64,000 nucleotides of DNA, taken from NCBI GenBank assembly GCA_963704835.1, contig CAVPHW010000020.1, forward strand, positions 282,820 through 346,819, read 5' to 3'. Of this stretch, positions 1 through 10,525 are shown one piece after another (position 1 is the stretch's first letter; every line of letters begins with the position of its first letter). The notes under the pieces were generated by a model. That model had not been told where the DNA came from. It made no database searches and saw nothing but the letters and a program-made list of their open reading frames with translations. This DNA is from an uncultured Ignavibacteriales bacterium (lineage in GTDB: Bacteria > Bacteroidota > Ignavibacteria > Ignavibacteriales > Melioribacteraceae). The position numbers and the translations under genes are program-made.

Positions 1-206
<206 letters not shown>

Positions 207-221
207 GTATTAAGGTTTAAT

Positions 222-2621
222 GTGATAATTTCACTTAATTGGTTAAAAGAATATATTGATTTGGATGACATTTCCGTTGAGGAAATTGTTGATAAGCTAA
301 CTATATCAGGTTCTGAAGTTGATGAGGTTATCGACAGACAAAGTGAATTTAAAAATATTGTTGTTGGAAAAGTAGAGGAAGTTAAAAAACACCCAGATGC
401 TGACAAACTTTCTATTTGTAAAGTATTTGATGGTGAAAATATACTCAATATTGTTTGTGGGGCTTCAAATGTTGAAGCAGGGCAGACTGTTGCTCTTGCA
501 AAAGTAGGTGCAATAATTCCCAATGGTAAGTTTGAAATTAAGGCTGCAAAAATCCGTGGTGAGAAATCAAATGGAATGATTTGCGCTGAGGATGAACTTA
601 GTCTTTCAGATGACCATGCAGGTATTATGGTATTGGATGGTGCATTATCCGCTGGCATGCCGATTGCAAAAGCTTTAAAAATGGATGATGTTATACTTGA
701 TGTAGCTATAACGCCGAACAGATCTGATGCATTATGCCATATTGGAATTGCTCGTGATTTATCAGCGATTTTTAATAGAGAATTAAAAATTCCTAAGCTA
801 AATAGTTCTTTTACTATTTCAAACAAATCTGACGAAACTGAAATAATAATTGAAAATAGTGAAGCTTGTCCAAGGTACACTGGTATTGTAATTAAGAACA
901 TAAAAGTGGAAGAATCTCCTCAATGGTTAAAAGATAGAATATTAAGTATTGGCTCTCGACCCATAAATAATATTGTTGATGTTACAAATTTTGTTCTACA
1001 TGAAGTTGGGCAACCTCTGCATGCTTTTGATCTTGACAAAATCGATGATAAGAAAATTGTTGTTAAAACCTTTTCTGAAAGTTATAAATTCACGACTTTA
1101 GATTCGAAAGAAAGGAGCATGCTCCATTCCGATCTAATGATCTGTGATGCGACAAAACCTATTGCAATTGCAGGCGTAATGGGCGGAGAAAATTCTGAAG
1201 TTACTTCTGAGACTAAAAATATCTTAATAGAAAGCGCTTGCTTTAATCCATCTTCAATTAGGAAAACTGCCAAACAATTAGGACTATCATCAGATGCCTC
1301 TTATAGATTTGAACGAGGGACAGACCCTTCGGGAACGGTTTATGCGGCAGTTAGAGCAGCTGAATTAATAGCTGATCTTACTGGTGGTATTATCAATAAT
1401 AATGTAATTGATAATTATCCTAATTTAATCAATGAAAAAGAAATAACTATAAGATTTTCAAGAATTGAAAAAATACTTGGCTTTAAGATTGAAAAAGATA
1501 CAGTCAAAAATATTTTAGTTGGTTTAAAATTTGTAATTGTTGAAGAACATGATGAATCAATAAGTGTGAAAATTCCTACCTTTAGAAATGATCTAGAAAG
1601 GGAAATTGATTTAATTGAAGAAATTGTTAGAATATTTGGTTTTGATGGAATTCCGCCTATTGGAAGTATCTCAGTTGAGTTAGCTAAAAAAGTGGATGAA
1701 ACTGATTTTGAAGATTTAATAAGTAATATTCTAGTTTCCATAGGCTTCAATCAAGTTATTAGCAATTCACTCATAAGTGATGAAAAAACAATTGAGTATG
1801 ATGCATCAATTAAAGTATTAAATCCGCAAAGTAGTGAAATGACTCGATTAAGAACATCATTACTTCCTGGAATGCTGATGAACATTTCTAGAAATTTAAA
1901 AGTGAAAGAATCCAATCTGAGCTTTTTCGAAATTGGTCAAGTTTTCAAATTAAACAAACCTGAAATCAAATCTTTTGATGATATTAACGAAGCAGAAAAT
2001 ATTATTGTTGCCTTATGCGGAAATAAGATTAATTCAAGTTGGTTTGAAAATGAACAAAATTATGATTTATATGATCTTGTGGGTTATTCCGATAAACTAT
2101 TGTCCAGTCTAAATCTTGATGCTGTTTTTGAAAAAGAGTTTTTGGAAAATAGTGACGATATATTTGAATATTCATTTATTCAAAAAATGAATAACAATGA
2201 AATTGGTAAAGGTGGTAAGCTTAGTAGTAGTTTGAATCAAAAATTTGATATTAACAAAGAAGTATTTATTCTTGAAATTAATCTAGAGTATTTAAAAAAA
2301 TCTCTAAAAAAAATCACAAAAAGTTCACAATTATTAAAATACCCAAAAGTATACCGTGATTTTGGGTTTGTTTTAGACAAAAAAATAACCTATTCTGAGG
2401 TAGTAAAAGCAATAAAAGAATCTAGTTCTAATTTGTTGAAAAATGTAAATTTATTTGATATCTTTGAGAGTGAAAGTCTTGGTTCGAATAAAAAGAGTCT
2501 TGCATTTCAGTTGGAATATTTTGATGAATTCAAAACTTTACGTGAAGATCAGATTGATACAGAATTTTGGAAAACAATTGAAGCTGTTAAAAATAAATTT
2601 AATGCAGTTTTGAGAGGTTAA
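222..2621 (+). CDS. pheT: phenylalanine--tRNA ligase beta subunit
   Basis: 799-aa ORF with GTG start 15 nt after pheS. It has an N-terminal OB tRNA-binding domain (KVEEVKKHPDADKLSICKV), then B3/4 and B5 regions and a C-terminal anticodon-binding-like domain. Confidence 0.95.
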   Translation: MIISLNWLKEYIDLDDISVEEIVDKLTISGSEVDEVIDRQSEFKNIVVGKVEEVKKHPDADKLSICKVFDGENILNIVCGASNVEAGQTVALAKVGAIIPNGKFEIKAAKIRGEKSNGMICAEDELSLSDDHAGIMVLDGALSAGMPIAKALKMDDVILDVAITPNRSDALCHIGIARDLSAIFNRELKIPKLNSSFTISNKSDETEIIIENSEACPRYTGIVIKNIKVEESPQWLKDRILSIGSRPINNIVDVTNFVLHEVGQPLHAFDLDKIDDKKIVVKTFSESYKFTTLDSKERSMLHSDLMICDATKPIAIAGVMGGENSEVTSETKNILIESACFNPSSIRKTAKQLGLSSDASYRFERGTDPSGTVYAAVRAAELIADLTGGIINNNVIDNYPNLINEKEITIRFSRIEKILGFKIEKDTVKNILVGLKFVIVEEHDESISVKIPTFRNDLEREIDLIEEIVRIFGFDGIPPIGSISVELAKKVDETDFEDLISNILVSIGFNQVISNSLISDEKTIEYDASIKVLNPQSSEMTRLRTSLLPGMLMNISRNLKVKESNLSFFEIGQVFKLNKPEIKSFDDINEAENIIVALCGNKINSSWFENEQNYDLYDLVGYSDKLLSSLNLDAVFEKEFLENSDDIFEYSFIQKMNNNEIGKGGKLSSSLNQKFDINKEVFILEINLEYLKKSLKKITKSSQLLKYPKVYRDFGFVLDKKITYSEVVKAIKESSSNLLKNVNLFDIFESESLGSNKKSLAFQLEYFDEFKTLREDQIDTEFWKTIEAVKNKFNAVLRG

Positions 2622-2622
2622 T

Positions 2623-2940
2623 GTGAATGATGCATCAAAATATGATTTGTTTATTAAAGAGATTGAATCATTAGAACATATGGTTCAAAATTTGGTTATT
2701 AATGTAGATAAACAGGAAACTGAAAAAAATATTTTAGATCAAAAGAATGAAAGTTTATTAAAAGAAAATGAAGTACTTGTTTTAAAAATTAATGAATTAG
2801 AAAAAAAATTGAACTCTGCTGAAGAGAAATCTTCAAATATTGGAGTTAAAAAAACAAATTTAGATTTATTTGAAAGAGAAAATCTAAAAAATCAAATTGA
2901 TGATCTGATAGCTAGAATTGATTATCATATAAGTTCATAG
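2623..2940 (+). CDS. small coiled-coil protein, function unknown (possible division-associated partner of ZapA)
   Basis: 105-aa ORF with GTG start 1 nt after the pheT stop. It is rich in K/E/L/N heptad-like sequence, has no TM segment or catalytic motif, and lies directly upstream of zapA. Confidence 0.5.
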   Translation: MNDASKYDLFIKEIESLEHMVQNLVINVDKQETEKNILDQKNESLLKENEVLVLKINELEKKLNSAEEKSSNIGVKKTNLDLFERENLKNQIDDLIARIDYHISS

Positions 2941-2989
2941 TTCTTTACATATTAAATTAGTGTAAGAGATATTTAGAAGAATAGACCCA

Positions 2990-3289
2990 ATGCCAGAAAA
3001 AAAGAAGCTTAAAGTTAAAATATTCGGGAAAGAATTTTCATTGCTCGTAGAAAATCAAGAGATTGCAACAGAGTTGGCTAGTTATGTAAATAAAATAATG
3101 GATGAAACTAAAGCAGAATTAAAAGATCAACCAACCGAAACTATAGCCATTATTGCCGCGTTAAATATTGCATATGATTTATCTGTTGAAAAAAATAAAT
3201 TTAGAGAGTTTAGTATACAAGCAACTGATAAAATTAAAAGAATAAAGCTTCTTATGGAAAAATCTGATATTGAGTCCATTCCATCATAA
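2990..3289 (+). CDS. zapA: cell division protein ZapA
   Basis: 99 aa. KVKIFGKEFSLLVENQE followed by the helical ...TIAIIAALNIAYDL matches the ZapA family pattern. Its position after pheST matches Bacilli. Confidence 0.8.
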   Translation: MPEKKKLKVKIFGKEFSLLVENQEIATELASYVNKIMDETKAELKDQPTETIAIIAALNIAYDLSVEKNKFREFSIQATDKIKRIKLLMEKSDIESIPS

Positions 3290-3292
3290 CAT

Positions 3293-3483
3293 TTCCGCAC
3301 TGCCAATTCTTAAATGAAAAACTAACAACGTTAATTAGGGTTTCTGACTTACGTTGTGTATTACAGGCCTAATCCTAATTTATTAGGACTCTGTTTAACA
3401 GAGCAGTGGAAGTAAAAAGCAACGGGCGGTTACCCACATTGTCATAGGATGAGTTTTTCCATCCTGAGTTGGCAGCTGCGGGT
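3293..3483 (+). ncRNA. ssrS: candidate 6S RNA (ssrS-like) or structured rny leader
   Basis: The 219-nt gap has no ORF. Termini pair (CCGCACTGCCAA 3295-3306 with TTGGCAGCTGCGG 3469-3481). An inner helix pairs GAAAAACT 3316-3323 with AGTTTTTC 3452-3459, and there is an apical hairpin TCCTAA-TTTA-TTAGGA at 3373-3388. The rod-like ~190-nt architecture and the location just downstream of zapA match E. coli ssrS. Confidence 0.5.
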
Positions 3484-3508
3484 TTAATTCTGTTCTTATG
3501 GAGGCATC

Positions 3509-5080
3509 ATGGATTATAACAATCCTTTATTATATTTGGCTGCTATTTTTATATTTTCAATCATTTCATTGTTCATCGGCTGGTTTCTTCACTCACGATT
3601 CGGAGCAAATAAAATAAGTAAAGCGAAAGAATCGGCAAATTCAATAATTGAAGATGCTGAAAAAGAAGCTAAAAATATTAAAAGAGAAAAGCTTTTAGAA
3701 GTAAAAGACGAATGGTTAAAAAAGAAACAAGAATTTGATAATGAATCAAATTCAAAGCGACAAAAACAGCAAGTTTACGAGAAAAAGATTGAACAAAGAG
3801 AGCAAAGTGTTGAAAGAAAATACGAGCTTGTAACAGAAAAAGAAAAACAAAATAAAGAAATTGAAAGGCAGAACGAAAAAAAACAAGAAATCCTTGATAA
3901 GAAAATTGAAGAAGTTGCGAAACTTTTAGCTGATCAAAATATTAGGTTAGAAAAGACTGCTGGGCTTACGAAAGAAGAAGCAAAAAAAATGCTTATGGAA
4001 AATGTAATTGATAAAGCTAAATCTGATGCTTCACAATATGTTACTGAAATTAAGGACGCTGCAAAAGCTGAAGCAAAAAAAGAAGCACAGAAGATAGTAG
4101 TTCAAGCGATTCAAAGAACAGCGGTAGATCATTCTGTTGAGACAACTGTTTCGGTTGTTCAAATTCAGAGTGATGAAATGAAGGGTAGAATTATTGGTAG
4201 GGAAGGAAGAAATATACGAGCGTTTGAGGCTGCTACCGGAGTTGATGTAATTGTTGATGATACGCCGGAAGCTGTAATCTTATCTGCTTTTGACCAATTT
4301 AGACGTGAAGTTGCTAGAATATCTTTAGAGAGACTAATAGCTGATGGAAGAATTCACCCATCAAGAATTGAAGAAGTTGTTAAGAAGGTTGAATCTGAAT
4401 TAGATGAAGAAATTCAGAAAGAAGGCGAGAATATTCTTGTTCAATTAGGAATTCATGGTGTTAATCGTGAACTAGTAAAATATATTGGTAGGATGAAATA
4501 TAGATCAAGTTACGGGCAAAATTTATTGCAGCATAGTATAGAAGTTGCTTATATCACTGGTTTTATGGCAGGTGAATTAGGATTTGATCAGTCCTTAGCA
4601 AAAAGAGCAGGTTTAATGCACGATATTGGGAAAACAGTTGATAAAAGTATTGAAGGACCTCATGCATTGTTAGGCGCTGAACTACTTAAAAAATATAAAG
4701 AACATCCAGTTGTTATTAATGCTGCAGGAAGTCATCATGAAGATATTGAAATGACTCATGCTATTTCAGCTTTAGTTCAATCAGCTGATGCAATTAGCGG
4801 AGCAAGGCCAGGTGCAAGAAGAGAACCACTTGAAGGCTATGTAAAACGATTGGAAAACCTTGAAGGCATTGCAAATACTTTTGAAGGTGTTGCTAAAACA
4901 TACGCAATTCAAGCTGGAAGGGAAGTTAGAGTTGTAGTTGAACCTGACAAAGCTGATGATGCTTTTTCAGAAAAATTGGCCGAAGATATTGCTCATAAAA
5001 TTCAAGAAGAGATGGAGTATCCAGGTCAAATTAAAGTTACAGTAATCAGAGAAGTAAGAAAAATAGCATACGCAAAATAA
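3509..5080 (+). CDS. rny: ribonuclease Y
   Basis: 523 aa with an N-terminal TM helix, a long K/E coiled coil, a KH domain (GRIIGREGRNIRAFE) and an HD domain (HSIEVA...GLMHDIGK). A GGAGG RBS lies upstream. Confidence 0.95.
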   Translation: MDYNNPLLYLAAIFIFSIISLFIGWFLHSRFGANKISKAKESANSIIEDAEKEAKNIKREKLLEVKDEWLKKKQEFDNESNSKRQKQQVYEKKIEQREQSVERKYELVTEKEKQNKEIERQNEKKQEILDKKIEEVAKLLADQNIRLEKTAGLTKEEAKKMLMENVIDKAKSDASQYVTEIKDAAKAEAKKEAQKIVVQAIQRTAVDHSVETTVSVVQIQSDEMKGRIIGREGRNIRAFEAATGVDVIVDDTPEAVILSAFDQFRREVARISLERLIADGRIHPSRIEEVVKKVESELDEEIQKEGENILVQLGIHGVNRELVKYIGRMKYRSSYGQNLLQHSIEVAYITGFMAGELGFDQSLAKRAGLMHDIGKTVDKSIEGPHALLGAELLKKYKEHPVVINAAGSHHEDIEMTHAISALVQSADAISGARPGARREPLEGYVKRLENLEGIANTFEGVAKTYAIQAGREVRVVVEPDKADDAFSEKLAEDIAHKIQEEMEYPGQIKVTVIREVRKIAYAK

Positions 5081-5123
5081 ATTATCATCAAAAACAATAT
5101 TATTTTCTTAGTGAATCTATTAT

Positions 5124-5720
5124 ATGAATAAATTGGTGATTGGTATTACTGGTGGGATTGGTTCAGGTAAGTCAACTGTTTCTAAACTATTTGAAGAACA
5201 CGGTTGTATCGTTCTTAAGGCTGATCCCATTGCCAAACAAGTGATGGTAGAAGAAGATTCTATCATATCTGAAATTACAAATATCTTTGGATCTGAGTCT
5301 TACATTGATGGAAAGTTAAACACAAAATATCTTGCCTCTAAGGTCTTTAGTGATCCCGACCAAATAAAAATATTAAACTCAATAGTTCACCCGATTGCAA
5401 TAAAGAAAATCGAACAACTTATTACTCAAAATTTAATTTCAAATAATATAGTAATTGTCGAGTCAGCTCTGATTTTTGAATCCGATATGGAAAATTTATT
5501 TGATTATATCTTATTACTTACTGCTCCAGAAGATACACGTATCAAAAGAGTAATTGAAAGAGACCATGAGTCTGCACATGAAATTAAAAGTAGAATTATG
5601 AATCAGTTAGATGATAAAGAAAAAATTGATAAATCTGACTTTGTTCTCCAAAACAATGGATCAATCGAAGAGTTAAAAAACAAAGCACTTTTTTTTCTAA
5701 ATTTATTTAAAAGCCTATAA
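5124..5720 (+). CDS. coaE: dephospho-CoA kinase
   Basis: 198 aa with an N-terminal P-loop, GITGGIGSGKST. Length and layout are typical of CoaE. Confidence 0.9.
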   Translation: MNKLVIGITGGIGSGKSTVSKLFEEHGCIVLKADPIAKQVMVEEDSIISEITNIFGSESYIDGKLNTKYLASKVFSDPDQIKILNSIVHPIAIKKIEQLITQNLISNNIVIVESALIFESDMENLFDYILLLTAPEDTRIKRVIERDHESAHEIKSRIMNQLDDKEKIDKSDFVLQNNGSIEELKNKALFFLNLFKSL

Positions 5721-5810
5721 TATTTTATAATAATCCTATCTTTGAATAAGTCTTTCCTTGTTTAGAATAATTGTAACAATTATTTTTCTAGTATAAAAAA
5801 TGAGGTAATT

Positions 5811-6713
5811 GTGAGTTTTGTAAATCAGGCTATTGTTACATTTGTTAAATATTTACCCAAATCAATAGTTCATATTTTTGCTAAAAAGTATATTGCAGGT
5901 GATACTCTTGATGATGCTGTTAATGTTGTAAAAAAGTTGAACTCTTTAGGAATTATTGCCACTATTGATGTCCTTGGTGAAGCAATTACAACTAAGGAAG
6001 AAGCAGAAAAAGAAAAACAAGAATGTTTTAGAGTGTTGGAAGCTATTTCTCAAAACAATCTTGACGCAAATTTATCAATCAAACCAACATCTCTTGGTTT
6101 AAGTATTGACAAAGATTATTTCTACAATCAGATAAGAGAAGTTGTTATTAAAGCTAAGGAGCTTAATAATTGGGTTAGAGTTGATATGGAAAATGTGCCC
6201 TATACTTCTTCTACAATTGAGGTATTTAAAAAACTTCAAAGTGAATTTGATAATGTAGGAATTGTTTTACAAGCTTACCTAAAGCGCACGATGGATGACG
6301 TAATTGATTTAAATCAAACAAAAACCAATTATAGGTTATGCAAGGGTATTTATGTTGAATCAGAAAAAGTAGCCTTTAATGATAAACAAGTTATCAGGGA
6401 TAATTTTTTAAATTTATTGGAAAGAATATTTAAGAATGGAAGTTACGTTGGCATTGCAACTCACGATGAATATTTGGTAAATGGTGCTTACAAGCAAATT
6501 GAAGAAATGAAATTGACTAAAGATAAATATGAGTTTCAAATGTTGTATGGAGTAACTGAAAAACTAAGAGACAGAATTAATAGCGACGGTCATAAGATAA
6601 GAATTTATGTGCCTTATGGTGAAAACTGGTATGCTTATTCAATCAGAAGAATGAAAGAGAACCCAGAAATTGCCGGTCATATTACAAAAAGTCTATTTAT
6701 GATCAACAAATGA
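5811..6713 (+). CDS. monofunctional proline dehydrogenase
   Basis: 300 aa with GTG start. It matches the Thermus-type PRODH pattern throughout (YIAGDTLDDA, DVLGE, LQAYLKRT, RLCKGIY, ATHD, FQMLYGV, YVPYGENWYAYSIRRMKENPE). Confidence 0.85.
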   Translation: MSFVNQAIVTFVKYLPKSIVHIFAKKYIAGDTLDDAVNVVKKLNSLGIIATIDVLGEAITTKEEAEKEKQECFRVLEAISQNNLDANLSIKPTSLGLSIDKDYFYNQIREVVIKAKELNNWVRVDMENVPYTSSTIEVFKKLQSEFDNVGIVLQAYLKRTMDDVIDLNQTKTNYRLCKGIYVESEKVAFNDKQVIRDNFLNLLERIFKNGSYVGIATHDEYLVNGAYKQIEEMKLTKDKYEFQMLYGVTEKLRDRINSDGHKIRIYVPYGENWYAYSIRRMKENPEIAGHITKSLFMINK

Positions 6714-7726
6714 TTATTCTTGGCATTGAAAGTTCATGCGATGAAACCTCAATTGCATTTTTAGATAATGGAGAAGTTAAGGCAAATTTAATTTCTTCTC
6801 AGCATTTCCATAGTAAGTTTGGAGGCGTAATCCCCGAACTTTCTAGTCGAGCCCACCTTCAACAAATTATTCCCCTTATTAAAGCTGCGCAAGTAGAAAC
6901 AAAAATAAACATTAATGATATAGATTTGATTTCAGCGACTGCCGGTCCCGGCTTAATTGGTGCACTATTAGTTGGTTTAACTTTTGGGAAGAGTTTAGCC
7001 TTATCATTAAATAAACCTTTTGTTCCGGTCAATCATATTGAAGGTCATATCTTTTCCGGCTTTCTATTGGAAAGGAAACCAAAGTATCCTTTTTTAAGTG
7101 TTGTTGTTTCAGGCGGTCATACTCTATTGCTTCTAGTTAAAAGTGAGTTTAATATTGTTAAATTGGGAACGACAATTGATGATGCGATTGGAGAGGCATT
7201 TGATAAAGTTTCCAAAATGCTTGGGTTCGGTTATCCTGGCGGACCTTTAATTCAAAAATATGCAAAGAGTGGTGATGACACCTCATTTTTATTTCCAATA
7301 GGAAAGAGTAAGAATAAATTTGATTTTTCTTTTAGTGGATTAAAAACATCTGTTTTAAGAGCCATACAAAATATTGAAAAGGGTGAAGCCTTAAGTGAGA
7401 CTGATAGATCCAATATTGCGGCATCATTTCAAAAAGCGGCTATAAAAGCAATAACAAAAAGAGTTGTACTAGCATTAAATGAATTTGAAATAAGAACAAT
7501 TACGTTAGTTGGTGGAGTTGCAGCAAACGAAGCACTAAGAAATAATATCAATCTACTTGGAAAAAAATATAACAAAGAAGTTATAATACCAGATCTTGAG
7601 TTTTGTGGAGATAATGCCGCAATGATTGCTCTAAGAGGATATCAATACCATCTTGCAGGAAGAAAGTTTGATTTAAATTCCAATGCATATCCTAATTTAC
7701 CCTTTGAAATATTCAGTATTGAATAA
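6710..7726 (+). CDS. tsaD: tRNA N6-adenosine threonylcarbamoyltransferase
   Basis: 338 aa with GIESSCDETS, the HIEGH metal site and GGVAAN. The ATGA overlap with the upstream gene indicates translational coupling. Confidence 0.95.
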   Translation: MIILGIESSCDETSIAFLDNGEVKANLISSQHFHSKFGGVIPELSSRAHLQQIIPLIKAAQVETKININDIDLISATAGPGLIGALLVGLTFGKSLALSLNKPFVPVNHIEGHIFSGFLLERKPKYPFLSVVVSGGHTLLLLVKSEFNIVKLGTTIDDAIGEAFDKVSKMLGFGYPGGPLIQKYAKSGDDTSFLFPIGKSKNKFDFSFSGLKTSVLRAIQNIEKGEALSETDRSNIAASFQKAAIKAITKRVVLALNEFEIRTITLVGGVAANEALRNNINLLGKKYNKEVIIPDLEFCGDNAAMIALRGYQYHLAGRKFDLNSNAYPNLPFEIFSIE

Positions 7727-7796
7727 TTCCAGCTTTCTGAACAAAAATGATTTTCATATATTACATAATTACTTACAATATATAATTTAATCTCTA

Positions 7797-8846
7797 ATGC
7801 TGCTAAAAATAAATAGAAAATTTTTTAATCTATCAAAAAATGAAAAGAATTTTGCAATCACATTTTTCATTTTTGTCTTTGTTGGCTTTGTTTTTACATT
7901 TTACAGCCCTAATTATAATGGTTCTTCAAAACCCGTTAAAATTGATGTGCAGAATGGAGCTTCCTTAAATTCAATAGTTGATTCACTTTATCATAAAAAA
8001 ATTATTCCAAGTAAGATAAAAATGAAGACTGCTGCTTACTTATTTGGTTTAGATAGAAATATTAAAGCTGGTAGGTATGAAATCCCAGATGCGATTAGCT
8101 ATGTATCATTGTTAAAACTGTTAGTTGATGGAGTTCCAAAAAGTCAGAAACTGGTAACTATTCAGGAAGGAATTTGGCAGACAGATTTGGCTGAATTGTT
8201 GAATAATGAATTAGGATTAAATGAAGAAAAACTTTTAAGGTTAAGTAGTGATAAAGATTTTATTAGTAAAATGAATTTAGATGTAAATTCACTTGAAGGT
8301 TACTTACTGCCTGAATCCTATTATTTTTTTGATGGAACTAAAGAAGAGGAAATTCTGGAAAAGCTAAATGAAGAACAAAATAAGATCTTTGCTAGCTCAG
8401 AAGCCATCGAAAGCATGGAAAAATTAAAAATGAATCGCCATCAAATCCTCACGATGGCATCAATAATTGATGGTGAATCTAACCAAGTTCAAGAGTTCAA
8501 AAGGATTTCGGGCGTATATTACAACAGACTAAGAAAAGATTGGAAATTACAAGCAGATCCTACTGTTCAATATGTTGTTAGGCAGCAAAGAGAGAAAGTA
8601 AACAAAATTTATTTTAAGGATTTAGAAATAGATTCTAAGTTCAATACATATATGTATTATGGGTTACCTCCTTCACCAATAAATAATCCCGGGAAAGAAG
8701 CAATAATTGCAGCTTTAGATCCTGAAGAACATGATTATTTTTTCTTTGTTGCAGACGGCAAAGGAGGCCACGCATTTTCTAAATCATCAATTGAACATCA
8801 GCGCCAAGTTAAAAGGTACAGGGATTGGAGAGAAACCAACAAATAA
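7797..8846 (+). CDS. mltG: endolytic murein transglycosylase (YceG family)
   Basis: 349 aa with an N-terminal TM anchor. YceG motifs are present: EGYLLPESYYF, ASIIDGES, LQADPTVQY and YNTYMYYGLPPSPINNPG. Confidence 0.9.
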   Translation: MLLKINRKFFNLSKNEKNFAITFFIFVFVGFVFTFYSPNYNGSSKPVKIDVQNGASLNSIVDSLYHKKIIPSKIKMKTAAYLFGLDRNIKAGRYEIPDAISYVSLLKLLVDGVPKSQKLVTIQEGIWQTDLAELLNNELGLNEEKLLRLSSDKDFISKMNLDVNSLEGYLLPESYYFFDGTKEEEILEKLNEEQNKIFASSEAIESMEKLKMNRHQILTMASIIDGESNQVQEFKRISGVYYNRLRKDWKLQADPTVQYVVRQQREKVNKIYFKDLEIDSKFNTYMYYGLPPSPINNPGKEAIIAALDPEEHDYFFFVADGKGGHAFSKSSIEHQRQVKRYRDWRETNK

Positions 8847-10504
8847 TTAGGTTCATTGTTTTTGCTATTTTAGCTTTGTTTTTCTTAAAATGTGCAAATC
8901 AATTATCACCAACTGGAGGTGAAAAAGATAATATTCCTCCGACCATTCTCTCTTCTTATCCCCAAAGTGGAATGACAAATTTTACCGAAAATAAGGTTGA
9001 ATTAAGTTTTTCAGAATATGTGAACAAAAGAAATATCAACGAAGCTTTTTTCATTTCTCCACTTGTGGAAGAATTACCAGAATTTTCTTGGACGAATAAA
9101 ACAGTGACGATCACCTTCGCACAGAAACTAGATGAGAATACCACATATTCTATTGTAATCGGAACGGAGATTACAGATGTTAATAACAATAATAAAATGA
9201 GTGAGCCCTTTATTTTAACCTTTTCTACTGGAAGTAAAATTGATAGTGGAAAAATTAGTGGAAAAGTTTATTCTAAAAAAGCAGATGGCACAATGATTTT
9301 TGCTTATAAGAAAGATACTACCGAAATTGATATTTATAAAAACAAGCCAAATTATGTATCTCAGATTGATGCTACTGGAAAATATCAAATATTTGGTCTA
9401 GGAATTGGAATTTATGAATTGTTTGCTGTAAAAGATGAATTCAATGATTTAATATATAATGTTGGGGAAGACAAAATAGGACTTGCAAAAAGTAGTTTTC
9501 AAATTACCGAAGAAATTACAAGAATTGAAGATGTGAACTTTTTCTTATTCAAAGAAGATACACTTGCCCCAAAATTAAATAATGTCACAATGACAGATAA
9601 AAATCATATTATAGTTGAATTTAGTGAGCCGATTGATAGTTCCTTGTTATCTGTAACCAATTTTAATATTATTGATTCAATACAAAACAAAGTTTATTTT
9701 CCAAAATATCTTTTTAAAGGGAATCAACAAAAAAGTGAATATGTTTTAGGTATATCAGATTCCTTAAATCTAGAAAACGAGCATTTTTTAACTGTTCAAA
9801 ATGTACAAGACCTTTATAGAAATATTCAAATAGGCGAATCGTTTAGTTTCATTGCAAGTGATAAACCAGATACAAATTCTGTTAAAGTTAATAAGGTTGG
9901 CAGCATTGGGAATAGTAGTCAACTAGATTACTTGAATCCGGAAATTAGGCTAAGTTTTAGTGATGCTTTTGATACTTCAAGTATACTCAAAGGTTTAAGT
10001 CTCTTAGATACCGATTCAAATAAAGTTGAATTTAATTTGAAATATATGGATGACGCTAATATTGTAATGAGTCCTACAGCTGATCTAAAACCAAGATCTA
10101 CATATACTGTTTCTACAAACCTAAACTATTTTATAGATATTGCCGGGAATAAACAGGATACGGTAATAAATAATAAGATTAATACAATTAGCAGTAATGA
10201 ATTTTCTGGTGTTAGCGGTAAGCTAACTGGAACACAAAGTAAAAATATGAATATAGTTTTAGAAAATGTTGAAATGAACAATGATAAAAAACAATCTAAA
10301 TTAACTGCAAATAGCACTTTCGAATATAATAGAGTTAACCCTGGTAAATATTTGTTATGGGTGTATGAAGATGTTGATTCAAACGATTCTTACTCAAAAG
10401 GTGATTTTTCTTTAAAAAAATACGCAGAACCATTTAAGTTTTTCCCCGACACATTAAACCTTAGGCCAAGATGGCCAATTGGTGATGTTGAAATAAAATT
10501 TTAA
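8825..10504 (+). CDS. lipoprotein with SbsA-type Ig-like domains
   Basis: 559 aa with a TTG start overlapping the end of mltG. It has a lipobox-like LFFLKC and the DNIPPTILSSYPQSGMTNF motif typical of bacterial Ig-like (Big_5/SbsA) domains. The exact start is uncertain. Confidence 0.6.
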   Translation: MERNQQIIRFIVFAILALFFLKCANQLSPTGGEKDNIPPTILSSYPQSGMTNFTENKVELSFSEYVNKRNINEAFFISPLVEELPEFSWTNKTVTITFAQKLDENTTYSIVIGTEITDVNNNNKMSEPFILTFSTGSKIDSGKISGKVYSKKADGTMIFAYKKDTTEIDIYKNKPNYVSQIDATGKYQIFGLGIGIYELFAVKDEFNDLIYNVGEDKIGLAKSSFQITEEITRIEDVNFFLFKEDTLAPKLNNVTMTDKNHIIVEFSEPIDSSLLSVTNFNIIDSIQNKVYFPKYLFKGNQQKSEYVLGISDSLNLENEHFLTVQNVQDLYRNIQIGESFSFIASDKPDTNSVKVNKVGSIGNSSQLDYLNPEIRLSFSDAFDTSSILKGLSLLDTDSNKVEFNLKYMDDANIVMSPTADLKPRSTYTVSTNLNYFIDIAGNKQDTVINNKINTISSNEFSGVSGKLTGTQSKNMNIVLENVEMNNDKKQSKLTANSTFEYNRVNPGKYLLWVYEDVDSNDSYSKGDFSLKKYAEPFKFFPDTLNLRPRWPIGDVEIKF

Positions 10505-10525
10505 TAATTAATATAGAGTAAAAGA

